Shown piece by piece: positions 1-9,900 of a stretch of 64,000 nt of DNA; position 1 is the first letter of the stretch; each line of letters opens with the position of its first letter. Location of the stretch: assembly GCA_964605655.1 (NCBI GenBank), contig CAZSDK010000007.1, positions 2,084 to 66,083 of the forward strand, in the 5' to 3' direction. Source of the DNA: an uncultured Bacteroidales bacterium. Its GTDB lineage: Bacteria; Bacteroidota; Bacteroidia; Bacteroidales; CAIXZF01. Below the pieces are notes generated by a model. It saw only the letters and a program-made list of their open reading frames with translations, was not told where the DNA came from and made no database searches. Position numbers and translations under genes: made by a program.

Positions 1-1199
1 TCAACCAGGCTGGTATCGAGAGAGATCGTGACCACGTTGAGCTTCATCTCTTTGAACTTCGGGGCAAGATCAGGCAACCTGGCCATCATTTGCTGGCAAT
101 GCGGGCACCAGCTGGCCCAAAAGACGAGCAGATAATAATCGGCCTCCATGGAACTGACCTTTATCTCCTTATTGTCAGCATCATGAACAACAAACTCAGG
201 AGCGGTCTTACCCACAGCGAGTTGTTCATAAGCTTTCAACCTCCTGGCCAGTTCATCTTTATGACCTCCCTCATCACAGGCCAGGTCAGAAAGATACTTT
301 TCATAAAGATGGGTAAGGACCTGTTCCATTTTATACTTCTCAAAGCCACCGACGAGGTAAGAAAGCAAAAACTCAAAGACGGTGCGGTCATCCTCCACGG
401 TTTTCATGACCACATCAATGCCTTTGATAAACGCCTGCTCAGCCTCTGACTGGTTCATCTGGGGTCCGGCATACAGCGAAAGATAATCGATCAGTTTGGA
501 TGTCAGAAGGTTGGTCCTGATCAGGCAGGAGTCTTTCAAGGTAAAACGATCGTAATAGTGTTCCAGGAGTTGCTCCTTCCTGTCCTGCTCATTCAGGGTC
601 CAGTCCAGATCAGGTTCCTGATAAAGCTTCAGAATTCTTGAAACAAACATAGACTGATGGTTACTGATCAGGTTCTTCAGTAACTGGTTTCTTTCCCTGA
701 GCAAGTCGTCATAATGTTCTTTGGCATTTTTATAGAAGGCATCCTTTTCAGGGTATTCAGAACCTACGACCTGGAGAACATTCAATTTTCTATTGAAGTC
801 TGCCTCTTTGGTCAGAAAATCATAGAAAATCTCATTTTCTTTTGATTTCTTTACCGCAGGAGCCTTATCACCCTTATTGATATCCATCTCGATATCAACA
901 TCTTCCTTATTATATATGAACTCCAGGAAATGCTGGCGGTCGGTGAAAACCCGGTAGATGCCCGTGGGCCTTTTTTGAGAAAACAGGAAAGAGATCTCTC
1001 CTGATTTCCGGGTCACACCGGAATCGATCAAGGCCATCTTTTCACCATAATAAGATGCAAGGAACACTTTTAAATCAGGCGTCTTCAGGTTGAAATCCGC
1101 CGTAAAAGGCTGTGCCTGAACAGGTATGCTGGCCATACCGCAGAGCAGTAATATCATGATCCGGAATACCGGCAACAGCATCTTCTTTTCCAACAGCAT
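1..1199 (-). CDS. TlpA/ResA-like thioredoxin-fold protein, secreted, long N-terminal domain; C-terminus lies outside the window
   Basis: Absent from the ORF track because it runs off the left edge. My hand translation of the minus strand from ATG (complement of 1197-1199) stays open to nt 1: MLLEKKMLLPVFRIMILLLCGMASIPVQAQPFTADFNLK...SSMEADYYLLVFWASWCPHCQQMMARLPDLAPKFKEMKLNVVTISLD. The WCPHC thioredoxin CxxC motif is encoded at about 96-110. The N-terminus is a hydrophobic signal peptide. Confidence 0.8.
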   Translation of the reverse strand, partial: MLLEKKMLLPVFRIMILLLCGMASIPVQAQPFTADFNLKTPDLKVFLASYYGEKMALIDSGVTRKSGEISFLFSQKRPTGIYRVFTDRQHFLEFIYNKEDVDIEMDINKGDKAPAVKKSKENEIFYDFLTKEADFNRKLNVLQVVGSEYPEKDAFYKNAKEHYDDLLRERNQLLKNLISNHQSMFVSRILKLYQEPDLDWTLNEQDRKEQLLEHYYDRFTLKDSCLIRTNLLTSKLIDYLSLYAGPQMNQSEAEQAFIKGIDVVMKTVEDDRTVFEFLLSYLVGGFEKYKMEQVLTHLYEKYLSDLACDEGGHKDELARRLKAYEQLAVGKTAPEFVVHDADNKEIKVSSMEADYYLLVFWASWCPHCQQMMARLPDLAPKFKEMKLNVVTISLDTSLV

Positions 1200-1212
1200 G
1201 TAAACCGGGAGA

Positions 1213-2493
1213 TCAGTATGCAAACAGGGGAAACTCAGCCATGAGTTCGTTCACTTTTTTCCTCACTCCGTCAATGACCTCATCTTTTTCGATGTTAGCG
1301 ATGACTTCGTCGATGAGGTGTACGATGGGTCCCATGTGTTGTTCCTTCAATCCGCGGGTGGTGATGGCGGGTGTGCCGACCCTGATGCCTGAGGTAAGGA
1401 AAGGGGAACGGCTGTCGAAAGGCACCATGTTCTTGTTAACAGTGATATCTGCCCTGACGAGGGTATTCTCCACCATTTTCCCTGTAATTTCGGGGAATTT
1501 GGATCTGAGGTCAATGAGCATCAGGTGGTTATCCGTACCTCCGCTGATCACATGATACCCCAGGCTGGTGAACACTTCGGCCATGACCGTAGCGTTTTTC
1601 TTTACCTGGATCACATATTCTTTAAAGTCGTCGGAGAGTGCTTCACCAAAGGCCACTGCTTTGGACGCGATCACATGCTCCAGGGGTCCTCCCTGTATAC
1701 CCGGGAATACTGCGGAATCGAGCAATGCCGACATCTTCTTTATCTCTCCCTTGGGTGTTTTCAATCCCCAGGGATTTTCGAAATCCTTTCCCATGAGAAT
1801 CATACCCCCTCTGGGTCCTCTCAGGGTTTTATGGGTAGTGGTGGTGACCACATGACAATATTTGATGGGATCGTTCAGTAATCCTTTGGCTATCAGTCCT
1901 GCGGGATGGGCAATGTCGGCCAGCAGGATGGCATTCACCTGGTCGGCAATAGCCCTCATTTTTGCATAATCCCAGTCGCGGCTGTAGGCAGAGGCCCCGG
2001 CTAAAATGAGTTTGGGTCTTTCTCGTAAAGCGATCTCCTCCATTTTTTCATAGTTGACCCTTCCTGTTTCCGGTTCAACACCGTATGCAACAGGTCTGTA
2101 CAGAATACCTGAAGAGTTGACCGGTGATCCGTGGGAGAGGTGTCCGCCATGGGCCAGGTCGAGTCCGAGAAAGGTGTCACCAGGTTTCAGGACGGTCATC
2201 AGCACGGCCATGTTAGCCTGTGCTCCGGAATGTGGCTGGACATTGGCCCAGACCGCACCGAAAAGTTCTTTTGCACGGTCAATGGCGAGCTGTTCTGTTT
2301 GGTCAACTACCTGGCAACCACCATAATACCTTTTTCCCGGATATCCTTCTGCATATTTATTGGTCATGACGGACCCCATTGCTTCCAGGACCTGTTCGCT
2401 GACAAAATTTTCGGAGGCAATTAATTCGATGCCATGCATCTGCCTTTCTTTTTCCTTGGTAATCAATTGAAAAACCTGTTCATCTCTCTTCAT
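1213..2493 (-). CDS. glyA: serine hydroxymethyltransferase
   Basis: 426-aa ORF with full-length SHMT signatures: [18 protein letters not shown] and the PLP-lysine region [16 protein letters not shown]. Confidence 0.97.
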   Translation of the reverse strand: MKRDEQVFQLITKEKERQMHGIELIASENFVSEQVLEAMGSVMTNKYAEGYPGKRYYGGCQVVDQTEQLAIDRAKELFGAVWANVQPHSGAQANMAVLMTVLKPGDTFLGLDLAHGGHLSHGSPVNSSGILYRPVAYGVEPETGRVNYEKMEEIALRERPKLILAGASAYSRDWDYAKMRAIADQVNAILLADIAHPAGLIAKGLLNDPIKYCHVVTTTTHKTLRGPRGGMILMGKDFENPWGLKTPKGEIKKMSALLDSAVFPGIQGGPLEHVIASKAVAFGEALSDDFKEYVIQVKKNATVMAEVFTSLGYHVISGGTDNHLMLIDLRSKFPEITGKMVENTLVRADITVNKNMVPFDSRSPFLTSGIRVGTPAITTRGLKEQHMGPIVHLIDEVIANIEKDEVIDGVRKKVNELMAEFPLFAY

Positions 2494-2520
2494 TGTAACT
2501 CAGTTTTGAAAATAGTGGTG

Positions 2521-2528
2521 CAAAGGTA
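2521..2528 (-). promoter_or_regulatory. Bacteroidota-type -7 promoter box (TAnnTTTG) for glyA
   Basis: The minus strand reads TACCTTTG about 27 nt upstream of the glyA ATG. This matches the established Bacteroidetes primary-sigma -7 consensus. Confidence 0.45.
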
Positions 2529-2559
2529 GAAATTATTTGTAGAGGGCTTGTGAAGAAAG

Positions 2560-2567
2560 TAATTTTG
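2560..2567 (+). promoter_or_regulatory. Bacteroidota-type -7 promoter box for the M16 peptidase cluster
   Basis: TAATTTTG lies about 28 nt upstream of ATG 2596, divergent from the glyA box. Confidence 0.45.
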
Positions 2568-2595
2568 TCGGCCACTGTATACCTTAGTTTTACTT

Positions 2596-3843
2596 ATGAT
2601 CCCATACGAAAAGTTCACCCTGCCGAACGGTTTGAAGGTGATGATTCACCAGGATAAATCCACGCCCATTGTAGCGATGAACATCCTCTACCATGTAGGG
2701 GCAAAGGATGAAGACCCGGAACGGACTGGTTTTGCCCATCTTTTTGAACATCTGATGTTTGAAGGCTCGGTCAACATTCCGGTGTATGATGAGCCGCTCG
2801 AGAAGGCAGGCGGGCAAAACAATGCTTTTACCAACAACGACTTCACGAACTACTACCTGAGCATTCCAAAGCCAAACCTGGAGACAGCTTTCTGGCTGGA
2901 ATCCGACCGTATGCTGGGCCTTGACCTGAGTGAAGAAAAGGTCCGGATCCAGAAACAGGTGGTCATGGAGGAATACAAACAACGATACCTGAACCAGCCT
3001 TACGGAGATTTGTGGCTGCTTCTCAGGCCGCTGGCTTTTAAAGTACATCCTTACCGCTGGCCGACGATCGGGATGGACCTGGAGCATATCAGGAACGCGA
3101 AGCATCCGGATGTCCTCCAATTCTTCGACACGCATTATGCCCCGGGTAATGCCATTCTCACGCTGGCAGGGGATGTTGATCCTGATCAGGTTTATCATCT
3201 TGCAGAAAAGTGGTTCGGCCCCATTCAACGTCCTTATCTTTACCGCAGGAGTCTCACCCCTGAACCTCCCCAGACAGAGAAGAGAGAGGAGTGGGCAAGG
3301 CGGGATGTCCCTCTCGACGGTATCTATAAATGTTTTCATACTTACAAGCGGTATCATGAGGATTATGCAGTGACTGAGGTCATTGCAGATCTGTTCAGCC
3401 AGGGTGATTCCAGTATTCTCTATCAGGAGCTGGTTAAAAAGAAACAAATATTCGCGGATGTCAATGCTTTCGTGACCGGAGAAATGGAAAACGGGCTCAT
3501 GATCTTCGGAGGCAGGGTAAACCAGGGAGTCTCACCCGAGGAAGCCGACCGTCTGTTAACAGAGCAGATCGAGCGCCTGGCTTCAGAATTGGTTGATGAC
3601 CCTTCATTGGAAAAAGTGAGGAACCAGATGGTGACCACCTTATCTTTCTCAGAATTGAAAGCCCTTGAAAAAGCGATGAACCTCGCTTTCTACGAGTGCC
3701 TTGGTGACGCCGCACTTTGGGAGAGAGAAACCTGCTGTTATCTCAACACCAGCAAAGAGAAAATAAGAGAGGTCTGTCAGAAATTCCTGACCGGAAGCAA
3801 CTCTTCCACTCTTTACTACATCTGTGATCATACTAAAACCTGA
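2596..3843 (+). CDS. M16 family zinc peptidase, catalytic-type subunit, no signal peptide
   Basis: 415 aa. The inverted zinc motif HxxEH is present (FAHLFEHLMFEG) and the two-domain insulinase-like length fits. The N-terminus MIPYEKFTLPNGLKV is not hydrophobic, so it is probably cytoplasmic. Confidence 0.9.
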   Translation: MIPYEKFTLPNGLKVMIHQDKSTPIVAMNILYHVGAKDEDPERTGFAHLFEHLMFEGSVNIPVYDEPLEKAGGQNNAFTNNDFTNYYLSIPKPNLETAFWLESDRMLGLDLSEEKVRIQKQVVMEEYKQRYLNQPYGDLWLLLRPLAFKVHPYRWPTIGMDLEHIRNAKHPDVLQFFDTHYAPGNAILTLAGDVDPDQVYHLAEKWFGPIQRPYLYRRSLTPEPPQTEKREEWARRDVPLDGIYKCFHTYKRYHEDYAVTEVIADLFSQGDSSILYQELVKKKQIFADVNAFVTGEMENGLMIFGGRVNQGVSPEEADRLLTEQIERLASELVDDPSLEKVRNQMVTTLSFSELKALEKAMNLAFYECLGDAALWERETCCYLNTSKEKIREVCQKFLTGSNSSTLYYICDHTKT

Positions 3844-3943
3844 TAATACCTGCGTTATCTGTTTGAAAAAATTAATTCACAAGGCATACACTTCGGACAA
3901 CCATTGGAAATCCGCTTGTGTCTTGACAAGGTACTAGGAACTG

Positions 3944-4504
3944 ATGATCTCAGAGGCAGAACTAATAAAAGGGTGTCTTGAAGGCAACAAAGAGATCCAG
4001 AAAATGCTGTACCAGAGATATGCTTCAACGATGCTTGGAGTATGTTTCCGGTATTTTAATGACCGGGATGAAGCAGAGGATGCTTTACAGGAAGGCTTTA
4101 TTAAAGTCTTCACCAACCTGGGGTCATTTCGCAATGAAGGATCACTGGAAGGCTGGATCAGAAGGATCATTGTTAACACTTCGCTTAATATGATCCGTAA
4201 CCATTTGAAATTTCAGTTCCATACAGATATTGATGAAGCAGACTATCTTATAAAAGATGATGCTGATGTAATAAGTGATCTGACAAGGGAAGAGATGCTC
4301 AGGATGCTGAGAGAACTTCCCCCGGGATATAAGCTGGTTTTCAACCTGTATGAGATCGAAGGATACAGCCATAAAGAAATTGCCGATATGATGGGCATAT
4401 CCGTGAGCACCTCAAAAACTCAGCTGCTGAAAGCCAGAAAATGGTTACAAAAAAGATTGTTCCTGATGAACAAGGAAAAAATATCGGCCTTACGCAACGA
4501 ATGA
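3944..4504 (+). CDS. ECF-type RNA polymerase sigma-70 family factor
   Basis: 186 aa. Region 2 (DALQEGFIKVFTNLGSFRNEGSLEGWIRRIIVNTSLNMIRN) and a region 4 HTH (GYSHKEIADMMGISVSTSKTQLLKARKWL) are both present. Confidence 0.93.
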   Translation: MISEAELIKGCLEGNKEIQKMLYQRYASTMLGVCFRYFNDRDEAEDALQEGFIKVFTNLGSFRNEGSLEGWIRRIIVNTSLNMIRNHLKFQFHTDIDEADYLIKDDADVISDLTREEMLRMLRELPPGYKLVFNLYEIEGYSHKEIADMMGISVSTSKTQLLKARKWLQKRLFLMNKEKISALRNE

Positions 4505-5613
4505 ACATGGAAAACGAACGCAGTCCTTTAGGAGAACTCTTCCGGAAATCGTTTGATGATTTTCAACCGGAACCTTCACCGGCAGTTTGGGAGAAGATCA
4601 GTTCCCACCCCAAACTGAACATACCTGCAAAAAAATCATCCTGGTCTACAGCCAGGTATGTTTACTTATCAGGAGTGACGCTGGTAGTGATTGTTGGCAC
4701 TTATTTCATTTTCCAGCAATTCAGGCCTCATGAACAGCCCCGGCCCCAAAATCCGACCAGCGCCGTTCAGCCAGATGCTAAAACTGTTGGAGCCCTTCCT
4801 GAGATTATCTCCCAGCCGAAACCCATCAATCCGGTCCAACAGTCTCATAATCAGCAAGAAAATGCTGTTCAGGCTTCATCAAAACCTGAGCTCGAAGGGG
4901 CCAAGTCCAAAAACAACCCATCAATCGCGATGACCCAGCAGAGCAGGGAAAATGCAGGCAACATTCCCGGAGCCATTACCCAGAATGCAAAGATGGCCGG
5001 GGAGAACAGCAGCAAACCAGCCGGCAACCCTGTGGCCCAGGTGAAAAACAATCCCTCCTCCAACAACAAGCCCGTACCGACAGCTTCCGGTCATTCCGGG
5101 GTTATCCCTGACAACAAACCCATTGGCAATGTGGAAACTATTGAAAACCAGAAGATCTGTCGCGGAGAAGCGGTTACCCTCTGGGCCTCGGGTGGAACGA
5201 CTTATGAGTGGAGTACGGGTGAAACGACCAGTAACATCACCGTTAACCCTTCCAATACTACGACTTATTACCTGACCATCACTGATCATACCGGCCAGCC
5301 TTCGGAAAGTTCCGTCCTGGTAGAGGTATTTGAATGCAAGTCGATTTATATTCCCAATGCCTTCAATCCATACAGCGATGTAAACAGCAACTCCAGGTTC
5401 AGGGCTTACGGGACCGACATCAGCCAGTTCACGATGAGGATCTTCAGCCGTTCCGGGCAGATCGTTTACGAAAGCAACGACATCAATGAGGGATGGGACG
5501 GGCGCATCAAGGGGAAACCTGCAGAAATGGGTGTTTATGTTTACCAGGTCATTTATACGGATGTCGTTGGAAAGAAACAAACAGTAACTGGTCAGCTGAC
5601 ACTGATCAAATAA
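4501..5613 (+). CDS. anti-sigma-like single-pass membrane protein ending in a T9SS type-B (gliding-motility-associated) C-terminal sorting domain
   Basis: I moved the start to ATG 4501 (MNMENERSPL), which overlaps the sigma stop as ATGA. There is one TM segment (YVYLSGVTLVVIVGTYFIF) and a long P/Q/N/S-rich linker. An Ig-like module follows (CRGEAVTLWASGGTTYEWSTGETTSNITVNPSNTTTYYLTITD). The C-terminal domain reads IYIPNAFNPY...EGWDGRIKGKPAEMGVYVYQVIY...LTLIK. Confidence 0.8.
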   Translation: MNMENERSPLGELFRKSFDDFQPEPSPAVWEKISSHPKLNIPAKKSSWSTARYVYLSGVTLVVIVGTYFIFQQFRPHEQPRPQNPTSAVQPDAKTVGALPEIISQPKPINPVQQSHNQQENAVQASSKPELEGAKSKNNPSIAMTQQSRENAGNIPGAITQNAKMAGENSSKPAGNPVAQVKNNPSSNNKPVPTASGHSGVIPDNKPIGNVETIENQKICRGEAVTLWASGGTTYEWSTGETTSNITVNPSNTTTYYLTITDHTGQPSESSVLVEVFECKSIYIPNAFNPYSDVNSNSRFRAYGTDISQFTMRIFSRSGQIVYESNDINEGWDGRIKGKPAEMGVYVYQVIYTDVVGKKQTVTGQLTLIK

Positions 5614-5621
5614 GGAAGAAT

Positions 5622-6959
5622 TTGACTACAGATACCTTAGAAAGAAAGGTGGCCCCAAGGCCGGTCAACCTGACCGGCCTTTCCTCCGAAGATCCGATTT
5701 TCGGACTCGACAGGCTGAATGCTGTCCGTTTCCGATTGTCTAACGGTATCCCTGTCCATTGGATCCAGTCAGGCATAGCCGACCTGTATAAGATTGAAGT
5801 GATCTTCCATGCAGGATACATTTTTCAGAACAAGAACCTGCAGGCATCTTTTACCAATCAGTTGCTGAAAGAAGGCACCCTGAAGCACAGTTCCGGGCAG
5901 ATTGCCGGTTTGCTCGACCAATACGGTGCTTACCTGAGCAACGATACTGACAAGGACCGGGCCGGCATCACACTGTTTGTCAGGTCGGAACATTTCAATA
6001 AGGTGATGCCCCTGCTCGGAGAAATTCTCTGTGAACCCACCTTTCCTGAGGAGGAATTACAGCACCTGGCTATCAATAAGCAACAGCAGTATCTTGTCGA
6101 TATTCAGAAAGTCAGTTACCTGGCCACCAGAAAGTTCCATGAGAAGATCTTTGGTAACGACCATCCCTACGGAAGTGTGGTTGACTTTGATGATTATACA
6201 AATCTTACGCGGAATGATATAGGTGCGTTTTTTCAGGACCATTATACAGCGGCTCGATGTCTCATCCTACTTGCCGGACCGGAGCACGCCGACCTCATCC
6301 CCATGCTCGAAAATGCGCTGGGCGGGATGAAACAGGGTTCCATTGTCCAAACACCTGAGGTTGAAAAATATAGACCCAGGCCTGAAGATCTATTTTGTTA
6401 TATTGACAAGCCGGATGCCGTACAAAACGCCCTTCGCATCGGGATGCGGAGCATTCTTCCAGCACATCCGGACTATAACGGGTTGAAGGTGTTGAACACT
6501 TTGCTGGGAGGATATTTTGGTTCCAGGTTGATGAAAAACATCCGGGAGCGGAAAGGATACACCTATGGAATAGGTTCCGCCCTACTATCTTACGAAAAAG
6601 CAGGTGCCCTGGTGATCTATTCTGAGGTAGCCTCGGAAGTAGCTTCCCTGGCGATGCAGGAGATCCTCCATGAGGTGAGGGTCTTGTCAGAAAAAAAAGT
6701 GGATGAGTCTGAACTTGACCTGGTCAGGAATTATCTGCTGGGATCCTTTTTAAGGAGCATGGATGGGACCTTTGAAGTTGCATCACGACTAAAAAACCTG
6801 CTCATCTTCGGACTCAATGACCATTATTATTCCAAGTATATTAATGATATCCAGACAATAACATCCGGACAAATCCTTCAGCTTGCCGGGAAATATCTTT
6901 CTGCCGAGAATATGATTCAACTGATGGCCGGAAAAAAAAAGGATCCAGAAAATAATTAA
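5622..6959 (+). CDS. M16 family peptidase, non-catalytic-type partner subunit (HxxEH absent)
   Basis: Insulinase-like two-domain protein (RERKGYTYGIGSAL region) with no HxxEH where it would be expected (FHAGYIFQNKN). The track start at 5493 overlaps the upstream gene by 120 nt. There is no in-frame ATG just after the upstream stop, so I propose TTG 5622 (or GTG 5649). The start is uncertain. Confidence 0.8.
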   Translation: MTTDTLERKVAPRPVNLTGLSSEDPIFGLDRLNAVRFRLSNGIPVHWIQSGIADLYKIEVIFHAGYIFQNKNLQASFTNQLLKEGTLKHSSGQIAGLLDQYGAYLSNDTDKDRAGITLFVRSEHFNKVMPLLGEILCEPTFPEEELQHLAINKQQQYLVDIQKVSYLATRKFHEKIFGNDHPYGSVVDFDDYTNLTRNDIGAFFQDHYTAARCLILLAGPEHADLIPMLENALGGMKQGSIVQTPEVEKYRPRPEDLFCYIDKPDAVQNALRIGMRSILPAHPDYNGLKVLNTLLGGYFGSRLMKNIRERKGYTYGIGSALLSYEKAGALVIYSEVASEVASLAMQEILHEVRVLSEKKVDESELDLVRNYLLGSFLRSMDGTFEVASRLKNLLIFGLNDHYYSKYINDIQTITSGQILQLAGKYLSAENMIQLMAGKKKDPENN

Positions 6960-6988
6960 TACATTTATACATTGATAGCAATACCACA

Positions 6989-9900
6989 ATGATTATGATT
7001 AAAAAGCTATTTATTTCCATCGCGCTTCTTCTGGGACTCCTGGGATCCGCTTCCGCCTCCCATTACATGGGTGGTGAGATATACTGGAAGTGCCAGCCCA
7101 ACGGACAATATAAATTTTACATGCGTGTTTACCAGGAATGTGCCGGTATCTTGTACAGCACTGGTTCAGAGCAGTTAAGCACCAACGTGCCTGGGTTAAC
7201 TACCATCACGTTGTATTATGTGGATTCCACCGATATCTCGCCCAATTGCTACCCGGGTACAGGTCCGTTGTTCCCCCACCTGAATTGTGAAACCACGACC
7301 GTATCCAATACGGGAGGTGTCAGGGAATGGATATACGAATCCAATCCGGTCAGCCTTCCGGCGGGACCTCCCCCTGCCACGGGATGGGTATTCTCTTATA
7401 CCGGGTGTTGCAGGAACCCGTGCACCAATATTTCAAACACTTCATCGATGGACTGGTTCCTGAGAGCTATCATGTATCCCTATCCCTCAGCCACATACAA
7501 TACGTGCTGGGATAATTCACCCAGTTTTTTGGAGAGACCCTCCACCGTCATTTGCACGGGTTACCCTTTCTCCTATAACCCCAACGCCTACGACATAGAG
7601 CTGGATTCTCTCGCCTATGAATGGGCACAACCCTGGACAGGTAACAACACTCCGATTCCTGCAGGTAGTTATAACGGCACCTATTCATGGAACTCACCGC
7701 TGCCCGGTCCCGGGTTAAATCCGAACAATGTTGCCGCCACGGTGAACCCCAACACAGGAGAGGTTTCATTTACCTCATTTACCTCAGGGGCTTTCGTGAC
7801 TGTCAATAAAGTATCCGCATTCCGTTGCGGAGTGAAGGTCGCTGAGATCTTTCGCGAAATGCAGGTCGTGTTGCTCCCCTGCCCCGGTAACGATCCTCCG
7901 ACGGTCATCATCCAGTATCCCAATGGAGACACCCTTTCCAATTATGTCGACACCGTTTTTGCAGGAGCTATGGTATCCTACAATATGTGGGCCTTTGACG
8001 GTCAAATGCTCAATGACACTTTCACTCCCCAGACTATCAAGGTTACAGCCACCGGCACGCAGCTGGGACTTAACGGTATCAGTACCACCACCGGTTGTCT
8101 TAACCCACCCTGTGCCATCATTTTCTGGGGTGACACTATCAACCCAATGCCACTTCCTGCCTTGGGAATATGGGCCCTGAACACCCAGTTCCGGTGGCAG
8201 ACATCCTGCTCCCACCTCGCCACCGATATAGGGTGTGGCGGGGTTTCCAACGTTTATAACTTTATTGTGGCGACTTCTGATGATTATTGTCCGGCGCCTG
8301 CGATCCGATGGACCACCATTACCATTGTGGTTAAAAATGCGATCATGCCGCCTCCCAGTCCGCGATGTATCACGACAGAGCCGAATGGTCATCTCAAACT
8401 CTCATGGGTCATACCGGACACCATCGTTATTCCCAATACCTGGAATGCCTATCTGATATACCGGTCGACAAACATCAACGGACCTTATACCCTTATCGAC
8501 AGCCTTAAGACAGCTAACAACTACTATGTCACTTCCACCAACTGGACCGACCTGACTGCCCATGGAAATGATACCGTTTACTATTACTATATGCAGACGC
8601 GGTCAGGATGCTACGGGAACTACTTTTCTGCCTACTCTGACACCCTGAGTAATATGCTTTTGAACTCGACAAACACTCTTGATGGTCATGTACTTAACCA
8701 ATGGAACCCGATTTCAAATCCGCTGCCTCCCACCAGCACGGGAAAATACTCAGTACTCTTCCGGTATAACAGTGTATGGTCGGAACTGGACACTTCCTAC
8801 GACTGTTCAGCCTATTCACTGGTGAATGGCTGCGGGTATATCAAATTCAGGATCAGCCTGGCCGATGCCAGTGGATGTTCTTCCATGTCGAACATTGACA
8901 GTGCGCTCTTCCAGACCGCCACACCTCCTTTTCCCCATTGCCTGGCAGTGGAGCCCAACGGAAGCGTCACAGTGACCTTTGAACCCCCTGCCGACACCAA
9001 CCTTACCTTTTTCAGTGCCTACCTATTCTATTCCTCAGACACACCGACTTCCGGTTATAATTTGGTCGACAGCATCACCAACCCGGCCCAGTTCGTCAAG
9101 AACATCAGCGCCATTAATGCCAACGATGCTCCTGAATATCTTTATATTATCAACAGGATCTATTGCGACGGCTATTTCTATTCCAATACTTCCGACACCC
9201 TCAAAACACTTTTCCTGTCGATCACCAGCCTTAATCCTCTGAACAGCCAGCTCTTCTGGAATGTGATGCATGTGCCTCCCATTCCCAGTGCCTCTAATCA
9301 ATACGACATCTACCGGGGCTTTCCGGTAGGGGACTGGAATCATCTGACCCAGACCCCCTTACTTACCGCCACCGACAACCTGGTCTTGTGCGACGATACC
9401 ATCCCTTACCGCATTGAAATGGCAGATGCCATTGGTTGTGTTTCTGTATCCAATGTTGCCAAGACGAGGTATTACGACAACATTCCGCCTCCCATTCCGC
9501 TGCTGGACACCGTTTCCATTGACTCCATCACCGGATTCACTCATATCAGCTGGCTGCCCAACAGTCCGGAGACGAGTGGGTACCTCATTTTCTGGGATAA
9601 CGGAGGTACGCTTACCTTGTTAGACACGGTCTGGGGTACCAATACCACTCATTATGTCGATAATACCAGTCCTGGTAACGGTTGTGACGCTCCCAAATCC
9701 TATGTTATCGCGGCTATTGATTCCTGCTGGCTGACCAGTGGCATGGGGATCGACAAACCTCACAACACCATCCATCTCGAGATTGCTCACATCGATCCCT
9801 GCGGAGCCAAGATCACATTAAGCTGGAATCCATATCAGAATATGGTTGACACCTTGGGAGGGTACAGAGTGTACGTCAGTGACAACGGCGCTCCCTGGAC

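Noticed and set aside
90-449. 119-aa plus-strand ORF at the left edge.
   Set aside because: It is antisense to the edge-truncated thioredoxin-fold gene (1-1199, minus strand), which has a signal peptide and a WCPHC motif. The plus-strand product has no recognisable features.
2590-3447. Long antisense ORFs opposite well-supported genes: 2590-3447 (-), 4921-5580 (-), 7784-8392 (-), 28017-28742 (-), 35690-36394 (-), 41767-42414 (+), 43852-44751 (+), 53855-54784 (+), 58842-59570 (+).
   Set aside because: Each lies entirely within a gene whose product has clear family motifs. Their translations are low-complexity or Arg/Gly/Pro-rich with no recognisable motifs. Such shadow ORFs are expected opposite genes with strong codon periodicity.
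5493-5621. N-terminal extensions in the ORF track: 5493, 11035, 20448, 26982, 27076 (-), 45405, 45477 (-), 47419, 4441, 33477.
   Set aside because: The extensions overlap upstream genes or intergenic promoters. They precede internal starts that yield canonical N-termini (signal peptides, lipoboxes, conserved family N-termini), so I trimmed them.
6932-6940. A9 homopolymer inside the 3' end of the second M16 gene as a slippage or frameshift site.
   Set aside because: It encodes KKK eight codons from the stop. A shift would change only a few terminal residues, and no alternative extended frame is evident.
2596-6959. M16B pair as a RiPP-processing protease (PqqF/G- or AlbE/F-like) with a hidden precursor peptide.
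   Set aside because: I looked for a short ORF with a plausible leader/core next to the pair and for radical-SAM or cyclase partners, and found none. The genes in between are a sigma factor and a membrane protein. I kept only the regulatory-protease hypothesis, at low confidence.
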